From a virus (lineage: Duplodnaviria; Caudoviricetes), in the IMG/VR virus record IMGVR_UViG_2563367078_000003, positions 1 to 64,000 of that record: 64,000 bases of DNA; one strand, written 5' to 3'. Shown here piece by piece: positions 7,621 through 17,605 of the stretch; position 1 is the first letter of the stretch; every line of letters begins with the position of its first letter. The translations under genes and the position numbers were made by a program. The notes under the pieces are model-generated. The model was not told the DNA's origin and ran no database searches. It worked only from the letters and a program-made list of their open reading frames with translations.

Positions 7621-9251
7621 TCGCACTTCCTGCATCCGCTGCACGGTTTGAGCCGCCAGCCGTTGTCCGCGAACGCGGCGAAGCTGACCGGCGCGTACAC
7701 CGAAAAGAACTGCGCCAACGGATAGGCGACCTGCGTGACCTCGAACTGCGGATGACTACCGGCCTCGGGTGTGCGGAGTTCGAGGAAGTGCATCAAACTG
7801 ACCGCGTTGAACGTCAGGATTCCGGTCGACATCGTGTTGAGCGGCAGGACCCCTCGGGCGACTTCTCGGGCGATGCCACTGGAGAGCTGGCGCTGATACG
7901 ACCTCCACGCTTTGATCGCGATACCGCCGTACTCCGATTCGACCACGAAGCGCTGTTCGTCGGTGCCGGGCTCGAAACAATAGTCCATCGCCTTGCCGGT
8001 CTGGGTCAGCGGCCGATCCTTCGGTGGTATGTAGAACACCGGTCCGAGTTCGCGGTAGCGGCCTGATTCCTCGCTGTTGTGCACGACTAGCCCATTAGCC
8101 AGAAAGTTATGCCAAGGCCCCTCGACGCTCAAATCGTAGGTCATCTCCTCTCCGGCATCTTCGATACTCACAATCGCATCAGGTCTGGCCCCGAAAACGA
8201 TATTCCGCCGCCCTTGCGTTTGCCTATTCTCGCGATCGGTTTTGATCCGATGACACGGGGCGCAGACGGGGCGCAGGTTTTGAATATCCAGAGCCCTGGC
8301 GAGATCATCCATGACCGGAATTTCATGATCCAACTCCAGTTCATCACGCGAAAATCGCCCGTTGCACACTCGGCACGAATCGACAGCATTAATCAACTGG
8401 TTCCGCTTGCTGGACGACCATAGCCCGATTTCCTGACGCAAACGAGGACTGAGCGTTTGAGACATATCATGGGCGGCCACCTTGCCCGCACGCATAAGGC
8501 TGTCTCCAACCTTCAGCTCTCCAGCTGTAGTCCAGCCATGGTCTGTCAAAACGCGATGTTCGCGCGTGCAAACAACCTCTCGACCCGAGATCGTAGCGAC
8601 TCGAATGACGGGCTTTACTCCGGATTGAATGACGTCGACAACCCGAGTGCACTCCCATCTCTCCATCGCCTCGTTATAACACCGCACTTTACTATTCCGG
8701 ACGGATTCCAGCTTGCGACGGCGGCGGGTTGGATTCTCGGCACGAAACTCGGCTGCGGCCTTCAGCGCCTCTTCTTCAGTGTCAAAGGTGCCTATGCGAT
8801 GCCTACGCCGAGCCCGCATAGCGTCCGCTGCCCACTTTCCCGATTTCTTGATATAGTACGCACTGCCGCTCCGCTGATACGGAAGAGTATCCTGAGTTCC
8901 GTTGTGCCACAATTCATGAAACTCTGCCAACGTCCTGTAACGCAAGTTCCCCTGCTCGCTCGAAAAGGTGACGACAGTGTCACCAGCGAGGCAGAGGCTG
9001 ACGCCGATTCGATGCTTGACGATCTGCCGCCACGCGAATATCGGCGCGGTAGTTCGGACCGTGATCGACATGTGCTCGAAAGGAACGGTGTGACCTTCGC
9101 GGATCAATGCGCGGATCAAGCCGGTTCGTTCGGTCGGAGTCGACTCAGCGCCGAGGGTGGACGTCCTTGCCGCCAATACCGGCCACCGGTCGTCGAAGTC
9201 GGTTTTGATCAGATCTACGGTGATGTCCGGCGTGAATTTGATTTCGGTCAT
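7617..9251 (-). CDS. thyX: Flavin-dependent thymidylate synthase with intein
   Basis: GHTVPFEH, KHRIGVSL/SEESGRY motif split by intein, AREVARGVLP, F.ELR..HPQ.E. Confidence 0.93.
   Translation of the reverse strand: MTEIKFTPDITVDLIKTDFDDRWPVLAARTSTLGAESTPTERTGLIRALIREGHTVPFEHMSITVRTTAPIFAWRQIVKHRIGVSLCLAGDTVVTFSSEQGNLRYRTLAEFHELWHNGTQDTLPYQRSGSAYYIKKSGKWAADAMRARRRHRIGTFDTEEEALKAAAEFRAENPTRRRRKLESVRNSKVRCYNEAMERWECTRVVDVIQSGVKPVIRVATISGREVVCTREHRVLTDHGWTTAGELKVGDSLMRAGKVAAHDMSQTLSPRLRQEIGLWSSSKRNQLINAVDSCRVCNGRFSRDELELDHEIPVMDDLARALDIQNLRPVCAPCHRIKTDRENRQTQGRRNIVFGARPDAIVSIEDAGEEMTYDLSVEGPWHNFLANGLVVHNSEESGRYRELGPVFYIPPKDRPLTQTGKAMDYCFEPGTDEQRFVVESEYGGIAIKAWRSYQRQLSSGIAREVARGVLPLNTMSTGILTFNAVSLMHFLELRTPEAGSHPQFEVTQVAYPLAQFFSVYAPVSFAAFADNGWRLKPCSGCRKCE
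8076..8993 (-). mobile_element. Intein (306 aa) with AP2-like and HNH domains
   Basis: Starts CLAGDT; block B TREH; ends TYDLSVEG.WHNFLANGLVVHN/S; internal IGTFDTEEEA.KA and CxxC..ELDH...NL.PVC.PCH.K. Confidence 0.92.
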
Positions 9252-9835
9252 TCATGACCTTCGAGGTTGTCGGCGATCCAGTTCTCGAGGTCGGCGCGGG
9301 CGTCGGGGTCGTGCAGCATTTCCGACAGCCAGCCGCGAATCCCGTAGGTCATATCGTGGATAGCGATCTGGTCTTCGAAGTGAACGCTCGCGTAATCGTC
9401 GTCGTCGCAGATCCGGCAGAATTCGAGTTCATCACCGAGGTCTTTGTGCACGACATCTACGGCCGCTTCGAATACCTGCTTTCGCGTGAAATTTCTGGTC
9501 ATTCAATCCCATTCTGCGTAGATCGGCGCAATCGCTCGGAAGGTCTGCCGGAATTCTTCGACGCACATCCGCCAGTAGTTGGCTTGGTCGCGGTGAAATT
9601 CGATGAAGTCGTGCATGTCATCTTCCGCGACAGTGTGGCCGTATCCGTCGACGAATTCGATGAACCTGAAGGTCGCGGCGTCATATCGAGCGGAGTACGA
9701 CTTCCCCCACTTCTTCTCCCCCGCCGCGACGTGTGCCGGTTTGTGGATCACGAAACTTTCATTCCGGACGAGAGGTGGTATTTGCCGCACGGGCATCGAT
9801 AGACCTGGGTCGCACCTCGGCCGTTGTTCTTCCAT
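9248..9835 (-). CDS. Two hypothetical proteins (9248-9502, 9503-9835)
   Basis: Tightly packed ORFs on operon strand. Confidence 0.6.
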
Positions 9836-9901
9836 TGCTGCCGGAGGGCTTGGCGACCGTTGGCGTAGGTGCGGAAACTTCGCTTATCCGGGGTGGGGCA
9901 T

Positions 9902-10453
9902 CTACTCATTCGCGAACCACCCGTTCTGCCGCGCGAGATAATCGAGGTCGCTGGGCATGACGTCGCCTTCGTACCTGCCGTCGTCGAAGAAATGCACCCC
10001 CGCTTGCATGTACACGTAATCGACGAGCTGGCTGCAGATCATTCCTTTGCTACCCGCGACGCGATCGACAACCCATTGCGGACGGATATGAAGGTGCAGC
10101 AACGCCAACGAGATGTAGTCCAGCCAGCTGTACGGGACTCCGACAAGCTTCGGCACCAGTCGATCGATCGCGGCTTGCTGATCGGCAGTCGTCGGCGGGT
10201 AAGCGAAGGCGCAGGTCCATCCCTTTTTCGCGTCCCAGTATTCGGACAGCGGCGTAAGTCGAGCACCGCCCGGTTCAGCTTCCAGTACGGCGAGGGTATT
10301 GCTGCCATCTGGAGCGTCCACGATCAGAAACGCGTGCTCCCATTTGCTCGGGCGTCCGGCGAGTAGTTGACCGAGCCAGATGAGTTTGCCGGTGATGCCG
10401 GAGATCTTCGCGAGACCGAATTCGTACGGCGCGGGTGTGTAGTTGTCAGTCAA
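9902..10453 (-). CDS. Permuted papain-like amidase (YiiX/YaeF, C92)
   Basis: WEHA early His, G.PY, ICSQLV..Y..G, MPSDL. Confidence 0.8.
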   Translation of the reverse strand: MTDNYTPAPYEFGLAKISGITGKLIWLGQLLAGRPSKWEHAFLIVDAPDGSNTLAVLEAEPGGARLTPLSEYWDAKKGWTCAFAYPPTTADQQAAIDRLVPKLVGVPYSWLDYISLALLHLHIRPQWVVDRVAGSKGMICSQLVDYVYMQAGVHFFDDGRYEGDVMPSDLDYLARQNGWFANE

Positions 10454-12965
10454 TGCATTCTTTCGGGTCGTACCAATCCATCGTCTGTTCGACGGTCACC
10501 CCGCCGCGAATGATCCCCGGTGCGAGACGTTTCGCCAGCACGAGCGCTTCCATCAACGCGAACCGGTGCTGCGCCAGCCATTCGTCTTCGCGGTTCGTCG
10601 GCAGCGATTCGTATGACCGGTTGCCGTCGCGGTCGTAGCAGAACCCGAAGCCGTCGCGGACACACCATTTGTTCCTGCCGCGATATTCGACCTGGAGCGT
10701 GTAGGCGTGCTGTTCGGGGTGGTTCTCCGGCAGGCACGAGATGTCGAACCGGGTAGTTTTGAGCTGAGGCTTCAGTTCAGTCACGGTCGTCCTTGGTAGC
10801 TCCGAGCAGGAGATTGACGATCCGGCGAACGTCGTCGGGTTCCCACACCAGGTAGCGGGTATTCGGGTCGTACATCCCTTCGCGGGATATCGTGAGATCG
10901 ACGGGATAGGAATCCCCGTACGCCGCCATACCTTCGTGACGGCCGATCATCTCGTACATATCTTCGCTCTCGGCGGTGGCGATGCTGCGAAAATAAAAGT
11001 CTTCGACATCGCTGCACGTGCTTCCCGCGAAAATATCGAACCCGTCCGGCCAGAATCCGCCGGTATATTCCGCGAACGGCGTGCCGACCGGCATTGTCAT
11101 CAATTCTTGTTTACTAACTATCTTCATCGTCATTCCGCTCCACGCAGTATTTGCATACAAATTCCTGACTGCCGACGACTTGATACACCGGTTTGCCGAT
11201 ATAGATATCCGATCCGCAGTCGTTGCATTCGTAGTCGATCCACGCATTTCCGGCCGGGACGATATCTCCGATGCGATACATTACAATTCATCCATAAAGT
11301 TGAGTACGCGAATGGCGACGTAGATTGCGAGAATAAATAACAGGACTGCCGGTATCGCCAACACTGCGGCGACGATCATCACGCGGCAGCCTTCAGTTGC
11401 TGTTCGCCGCAGTCGCACTTGACAACCGTGGAGTGGCAGATCGGGCAGTATCTGGGGTCGTCGTCTCGGTAGCAGCACAACACCCTGCTGATCACCGGCC
11501 CGGTCGGCGTGTACTGCTTCGTGATATGACGTGCGCAGCGTTCGATCATCGGTCTCGGCGGCAGCCCCGGAGAATCCCACGGAGCGGTGGGCGTGCATTG
11601 TTTGGTCCAGTTGGAGACGTCCCGGCCGCAGCCGTCAGGACAGGGTGGCACCGTTTTGCCCTCTCATTTCGTCATAGCCCCCGGTTTGGGGTCGCGGATG
11701 GGTGAACGGGTGGGCGGCAGGGGTTCGGCGGGGTGGCGGGGCGGCTGGCGGCACCTTCTTTTGAGCGCCTGTCGCTGGTCCCCGGATGTTGCGAACCACA
11801 GCGATCGGGAGTTGGTAGATATCCAGGCGCTTCCACGTCTCGTCGTCGCCGAACAGGAGGTGATAGGTCGTCGCCACGATCGCGAACCTGACGATCACCG
11901 GGTGGCGCTGACGGGCTCGGTACTGCGCGCTGCTCAGGGTTTCGTCGTTGTCCCGGATGGCCGCGATCAGGTCGACCGCCGCGACGGTGCCAATGATCAG
12001 CGCCCAGCCGTGCCAGCCTCGAATGGTCATGACGCCAGCGCCAACGTGACCGGTATGCACAACACGCCACCGACAACAGCGGCGAATACGTTGCACAACG
12101 CCCAGATACGCAGATGTTTCGCGACGGGAGCGATGGCAACGATCAAGAACGCGACCCCGTAGCCTGCGCAATACATCACGCCGGGCCACACGCTCACGAC
12201 TCCTCCACCCAGTTGGACACGATTCGGGAGACCACTCGGCGGTCGCGGGCGCTGATCGGTGCGCGGGTTTCGACGCACTGCCGGGCCTGCCATTCGGTGC
12301 CTACGGCTTTCGTGTGTGTCGACACCCCGGATCCGTTGTTCATCAAAGGAGACAGGTCGTCGGCTTCGAACCGGATCCCCCACTCGGCCTTCATCCCCAG
12401 CGCCTCGAGCAGCGCCAGCACGTCCTTGCCGAAGTCGGCGATATGCGCGATGCCTGGATGTTTGCGCGTGACTTCCGGCGAGTTGGTGACCGGGATGTCG
12501 TACTTCTCGCACAAATCCCAGATGCCGTCCCAGAATTCCTCGGTGGGTTTCATTCCTCGCCCCAGGTGCCAGTGGTGGATCTCTTCAACCATGCCGCGAA
12601 TTCGTCGTCGATGATCGAACGAGCCGCTTCGTGCCCGACCGTGCACATCCAGGACTCCGCTTCGCTCCACCCGGCGTAATAAGCCAGCCACAACAGATCC
12701 TCGTTCATTGCTGCGCCTTCAATCGATCGATCACAGCTTGCAGTTCAGGACTCGGCCGGGCGTTGGAATTCGCCATTCGTTCGAGCGCTCCGGGCGGGAC
12801 CGAGGTGACGTCGATGCCAGCGAAGTGTTTACCGCGCAGCCAGTTGGCGAACTCGTCTTCGACATCCCATAACGGTGTGCCGTAGATGTCATCGCCTCGG
12901 ATCTCGCCGTCTACGTAGCCTGCGTAATACGCCGACCACAGCAGGTTCATGATTTCTCCGTTCAT
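10446..12965 (-). CDS. Run of small hypothetical genes (incl. 10446-10784, 10777-11133, 11114-11281, 11379-11651, 11635-12030, 12194-12553, 12705-12965)
   Basis: Overlapping stop/start chains; several CxxC or transmembrane ORFs. Confidence 0.6.
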
Positions 12966-13405
12966 TGCTGGTTTCTCAGTTCGTCGAGTATTTTCTGCGC
13001 GGGCCAGTTTTCGATAACGTCGATCGCCCGCCTGAGGGAATCCGCGTCGTCTCGCAGATGCCCCAGGACGCCTCGGTTGCACGGCGAACAAAGCAGGGAA
13101 CGGACGCATTTGCCGCAGCTGCCTTGCCGATCGCAGCAGGAATGCGCGTGGTCTGTCGCGAGATTCTTCTTAGCGCCGGTTGCTCTGCGGCAGATGTAGC
13201 ACTTCCCGTCTTGGAATTCTTTGATCGCGTCGTAACCGCCGACCGGCAGCCCGTACTTCTTCTCTACCGTGGATCGGTGTCGCTTTTCTTTCCTTGCCCG
13301 CTCTCTCGCGAGGTGATGCTCTCGACAGTAATTGTCCGGATAATTTGTTTGCCGGAAGCACGATCCGCGCTCGGCTAGGCACACCGGGCATTTAGGGTCA
13401 TCCAT
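12962..13405 (-). CDS. Endonuclease VII-family nuclease
   Basis: KYGL...Y...Q.GKCYIC...LATDH.H.CC...C..CVR.LLC..CN..LG. Confidence 0.9.
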   Translation of the reverse strand: MDDPKCPVCLAERGSCFRQTNYPDNYCREHHLARERARKEKRHRSTVEKKYGLPVGGYDAIKEFQDGKCYICRRATGAKKNLATDHAHSCCDRQGSCGKCVRSLLCSPCNRGVLGHLRDDADSLRRAIDVIENWPAQKILDELRNQQ

Positions 13406-13424
13406 ATTCAGTTGTAGACTTTCG

Positions 13425-13790
13425 TTAGAAACCCGGGTCGTCCCCGTCGTAGTTCGAATATCCGAAATTCACCGACGCCCCTTGCGGCTGAGGTCTGGCG
13501 CAGTCATGGTCTCGGACGATGATTCCGCCGGTGCCTTTCGGGCTTGTGGTGATCGCGTCGGCGTGGCGCTTATACGTCGTGGATCCGAACAGCCACCATG
13601 TTTTCAAACCGCAGAACAGCGCTTCCAATTCCCCGAGCTGACTCAGCGGCTGCGGATCCCAATGCCGGGTCAATGCGTCGTACCTCGCAGTGAGGATCTG
13701 CCGTTTGCATTTATCGCAGTGACCGAGTTGCGCTCTCCCCTGCGCCATCAGCGGGTGGTACCGGACTACCGGTTTTCGCTTCGCCACCAA
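13425..13790 (-). CDS. Hypothetical Zn-binding protein
   Basis: CxxC...DP.PL...E...H.C; typical neighbour of primase genes. Confidence 0.7.
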   Translation of the reverse strand: MVAKRKPVVRYHPLMAQGRAQLGHCDKCKRQILTARYDALTRHWDPQPLSQLGELEALFCGLKTWWLFGSTTYKRHADAITTSPKGTGGIIVRDHDCARPQPQGASVNFGYSNYDGDDPGF

Positions 13791-14860
13791 GTCTCCGCGA
13801 TATCCATGCAGTGCTGGAGTACGCGAGGTCTACGCTTCTCGACCCACGCGACTACAGCAGCGCCGTCGATCGTCACCGGCCATTCGCCGTCCTCCGGGGC
13901 GTTGATCTTCGCGCTGTTGTAGAGCTTGGCGTCGAGCGCGATCTGATAAGCGAACTCTCGTGCTGCGCTGATCCACAACGGACGATCCGCCGGTTCGAGT
14001 CGGTTTCGGAGGTCCCACGCCTGCTTCGACAACCGCAGCTCGACCCCGGTCCTGGTTTGTTTGACGATCACTTCTTCATTGGCCCGGGAGAACGCGAAAA
14101 CGAGTGCGGCCCTATCGGGAGTACCCTCAGCGCCTGAATCGTCGTCAGATCGCGAAATAGCGGGCACTACGGGGCCTTCGGCATCGACTCCAGCCAACAC
14201 ATCCGCCGGAGCCGACCAGAGCACGTCCTCCGGCGACAGAGCGCCGCCAGGCGCGGAGTCGTCCGGATGGTGGCCGAAGGCCAAGTGCGGTTGGTCGGTC
14301 GGAGGCGTTCCTTCTTCGCTTCTACTCTCCTCGAACTTCACATCGACATTCACTTCCCTTACGGTCGTTTCGTCTCGTGAAGTCTCGTCGAGTTTAGTAT
14401 CGTTTAGTGAAGTGACGTTTAGTTTAGTATAGTGTTTCGTCACAGGGGGGGTGTCGTGACTGGTCACAGCTAGCAGCGCTCGGCATCGCTTCGGGTCGCA
14501 TTTCGTATGGTCACCGGCCTTGTGGCGTCGATTCCGTTCGGTGGTGGCGCGTGACATTTCGGACCGTTTCGTTACCTCTTCTGATGACAGTTGGTCGTCA
14601 AAGAAGCGAACAATTATCCACCCTTCGTCGACTTCCTCCAGTGCTCCTGACTTGACGAGACGCTGCGCCGCTTGAGCCGGGCGTGAGATGTCTGTCGCAT
14701 GTTTGAGAGCCGCGCGCATGACGAAGCCATCAGTTTGTTGCTCATTTGCCCACATCAGCAATTCTATGTAGAAAAGCCGATCGGATCGAGACACCTCTAG
14801 AAGGCTCGAATCGCGCAGGCTGGTCGACTCGAGTCGGGTCCACATCCGGGCTCGGCTCAT
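13766..14860 (-). CDS. Phage replication-initiator-like protein
   Basis: W.RL...LY..LL.WAN...TDGFV...LV..G..E.V..GW.I..F..Q N-terminus; H..GDH..C...C; low-complexity middle. Confidence 0.65.
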   Translation of the reverse strand: MSRARMWTRLESTSLRDSSLLEVSRSDRLFYIELLMWANEQQTDGFVMRAALKHATDISRPAQAAQRLVKSGALEEVDEGWIIVRFFDDQLSSEEVTKRSEMSRATTERNRRHKAGDHTKCDPKRCRALLAVTSHDTPPVTKHYTKLNVTSLNDTKLDETSRDETTVREVNVDVKFEESRSEEGTPPTDQPHLAFGHHPDDSAPGGALSPEDVLWSAPADVLAGVDAEGPVVPAISRSDDDSGAEGTPDRAALVFAFSRANEEVIVKQTRTGVELRLSKQAWDLRNRLEPADRPLWISAAREFAYQIALDAKLYNSAKINAPEDGEWPVTIDGAAVVAWVEKRRPRVLQHCMDIAETWWRSENR

Positions 14861-15075
14861 TTGCTGCCCTCCAAGGTGTCGATGATCAGTTGGTATTCCC
14901 AGTCGGCGTACGGCGCGTTGAGTGCCAGGGCATCCAGAAATTTCTGCAGCAGGAACCGCCGCCGCGCCGTTTGAACCTCTTCGGAATCGTCGGCGTGCTG
15001 GCTGGAGAGGTAGGCGAGTTGCGACCGCAGCGACCGGGCTTCGGCGGACAGCGGCGCGAGAGTAGATCTAGGCAT
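14857..15075 (-). CDS. Small protein resembling PhiRv1-type satellite proteins
   Basis: R..LA.LS....DD.E...ARR pattern; GGAGG-like context weak; coupled to Rep gene. Confidence 0.5.
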   Translation of the reverse strand: MPRSTLAPLSAEARSLRSQLAYLSSQHADDSEEVQTARRRFLLQKFLDALALNAPYADWEYQLIIDTLEGSK

Positions 15076-15187
15076 GGAGGTATCCCCTGGAGAATTTTAT
15101 GTACGTGTCGAGCACTGAGAGTCGATTCGGGTAAACCCCTTCGATTGGAGCCTACCCAGGGGTGTCGTTTCTCGCATTCAGGTCGGA

Positions 15188-17605
15188 TCAGGCCAGTTCA
15201 GGGCCGTTGTATGGAGCGCTGAGCACGAACTTCGGCGCACCGCGAGACGTTGAAATCTCATCGACGTGGTGTATTCGCATAAGGGTGACGAGGGCACCTT
15301 CGATATCCACCTTGAGGCCGGGCACTTCGTCTCGAATCTTTTGCAGTGTCATCCCTTTCCTGTCCGGGTCTGCCGCGATCATCGCCTGACTGATCTGCAT
15401 CATCTTGACGACGAGCGGGTCTTCGCGGTCTTGCGGCTCCTCGGATTCGAACACGTATCGCATGTCGACGACTCCTTCAACCCGCGCGTCGATCACCAGG
15501 CTGCCGAGGTAATCCACCCGCCGCTCTCCGCGCTTTTCCGCGATCCTTCGCACCCCACCCGGCTTGTCTTTCAGCACCACGGTTTCGATCTTTCCGAGTC
15601 GCCCGCGCCCGAACGTGTCCACGACCGAGACTCCGATCATCGCGCCGTCTGTCATCGCTCGTTTCGCCTGCGCGCCGATCGCGTAACTGCCTCGCCCTTC
15701 CTTGGCTTTCGTGACGTGGTCGACGGTGATGACAGCAGCTCCGGTCAGTGCGAGAGGCTTCAATATCAGCTGGAAGAACTGTGTGCAGTCCCGGTTTTTT
15801 TCCAGCTCGAGCCCCAGCAGTGTCATCGCCGCGTTTACGCCGTCCAGGACGATCACCGTGGGTTGCAGCCGGTCCAGCGCTCCGTAGAATTCATCGCGTT
15901 CGGCTTCTCCGAGCATGGTGTCCGGCGAAATATATCCGAGGTGTTCGATCAGCATCGGTTTGTCCGTGCCGCGCCCTTGAATTCTCATTGCTAGGCACCT
16001 CATCGCGACATTCTCGACCGTGTCTTCGAAATCCAGGATCAGGACGTTGTTGCCCGCTTGCATCTCCTCGGAGCACGCCATGAAAGCCAGCCACGACTTC
16101 CCCGACTCCGACTCCCCGACCAATGCATTGACCCGGCCTCGGTAGAACACCAGCTCGCCGTCCGACCGGTGCAGGATCGAGGGCTCCTCCGGCTTGAGAT
16201 CTCCGGCGAGGACGGCGGCCATGTCGACCAGACCCCACGACGTCAGAGATTCGGTGGTGCCCTCGCGCTCGGCTTCGTCCAGCATCAAGAAGTCGTCGAA
16301 CTCGGAGCGGTCAACGCTTGAGTCTGGATTAACGGTTGGAACGTCTGGACCCATCAGGAAGTCGTCGACCGAGGTGGTGTGGATCTCGACGTTTTCGAGG
16401 TGTTCGTCCAGGAAGTCCCAGCCGTCGTCGAACAACATGTCGTCGAACTGTTCGGAATTTCCGAATGGTTGGGTCGTCGATTTGTTTCCAGAGTAAATTC
16501 CCTGCGGCTGCGAAACCGGCTCCGACCTGGGCTGCTCTTTTTCCGGTGGTAGGCGATTCGGTGGCTGCAACCCAACGTTCTGCCTACGGCCGAGGAGATC
16601 CGTCAGTGACAGCTCCGAAGGCGTCGACGCGATCAGGTCGTGGATTCTGTTGCCCCGCAGCATTCGATCCCACTCCAACCGCGCCTCCTCCGGCGTCCGA
16701 GACCCATCCCGCGTTACCGAAGACAGCCACGCCTTCTCGAGCTGCGTCAGTGCTTCGGTGATGCCGGTCTCGCCGCCGCGCTCAGCCAGCCGGAACAACG
16801 CCGCTTGCGCGTCTCGGATCGTGTCGTGCCGGGAGCCGTGGCCGGATGCGAGGGTGGTCAACGCCTTCGACAGCGCCGATTGCACCGCCGGAGACATCAG
16901 GCCGCCCGGGAGGGACTTCAGTGCCGCAGCGGCGTCGCCGGAGGTGGTGATCTCTGCCGACGTCTTTCGCCGCAGTCCTTCGATCCACTTCGCGGGCAGA
17001 TTGGGTAGCTCGGACGGCCGGGGTATGTCGGCGAGGACGTTGCCGTTGTGGTCGAGCCATCGATACCGGCGCTTGGTGTCTTTGTGAACCGAAGGCCAGC
17101 AGACGCAATACCTGTGGAAAAACTGGATTGTCTCGATATCCGCGAGCGCCCTGCCATTGACGTCCGGGAACTTGACGACCGTCTCCAACTCGACGCCAGC
17201 GGGCACCCTGAACAGCCTGATGCCGGAGATGCCATCGATCCTGGACGTCGACCTCACCGTAGGCGGCAGCGGGCCCCAGAGCTTTTCCGCATGCGCCAAC
17301 GTCAGATCGCCGCGCTTCGCGCCGTAGAAGTCGACGTCGATGCCTATGATCGTGTTCGGCAGCCGGAGGGCGATGTTCGCGTTGCTGCTGTTGAAATGCT
17401 GGTAGACGCCATCGGACTTGGTGTAGAAGCCGCTATCGATCCATTCCTGGATGTCCGCAAAGCTGGGATACGGACCGTCGTGACCGCTCCATCCTTTCGG
17501 CGGCAAACCTTTACGCTCCGGAGGCAAAGGCAAAACGCCCCGCCAGGCCGCAGCCCAGTAAGCTCCGGCGGCAGAGGCGTAGCCCAGTTCATCGTTGTTA
17601 GTCAT
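15188..17605 (-). CDS. Bifunctional primase/polymerase fused to AAA (RecA-like) helicase
   Basis: Prim-Pol NIALRL..IIGIDVD; Walker A GESESGKS, LDFED, IVLDG, DHVTK, G.QAK. Confidence 0.9.
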   Translation of the reverse strand: MTNNDELGYASAAGAYWAAAWRGVLPLPPERKGLPPKGWSGHDGPYPSFADIQEWIDSGFYTKSDGVYQHFNSSNANIALRLPNTIIGIDVDFYGAKRGDLTLAHAEKLWGPLPPTVRSTSRIDGISGIRLFRVPAGVELETVVKFPDVNGRALADIETIQFFHRYCVCWPSVHKDTKRRYRWLDHNGNVLADIPRPSELPNLPAKWIEGLRRKTSAEITTSGDAAAALKSLPGGLMSPAVQSALSKALTTLASGHGSRHDTIRDAQAALFRLAERGGETGITEALTQLEKAWLSSVTRDGSRTPEEARLEWDRMLRGNRIHDLIASTPSELSLTDLLGRRQNVGLQPPNRLPPEKEQPRSEPVSQPQGIYSGNKSTTQPFGNSEQFDDMLFDDGWDFLDEHLENVEIHTTSVDDFLMGPDVPTVNPDSSVDRSEFDDFLMLDEAEREGTTESLTSWGLVDMAAVLAGDLKPEEPSILHRSDGELVFYRGRVNALVGESESGKSWLAFMACSEEMQAGNNVLILDFEDTVENVAMRCLAMRIQGRGTDKPMLIEHLGYISPDTMLGEAERDEFYGALDRLQPTVIVLDGVNAAMTLLGLELEKNRDCTQFFQLILKPLALTGAAVITVDHVTKAKEGRGSYAIGAQAKRAMTDGAMIGVSVVDTFGRGRLGKIETVVLKDKPGGVRRIAEKRGERRVDYLGSLVIDARVEGVVDMRYVFESEEPQDREDPLVVKMMQISQAMIAADPDRKGMTLQKIRDEVPGLKVDIEGALVTLMRIHHVDEISTSRGAPKFVLSAPYNGPELA

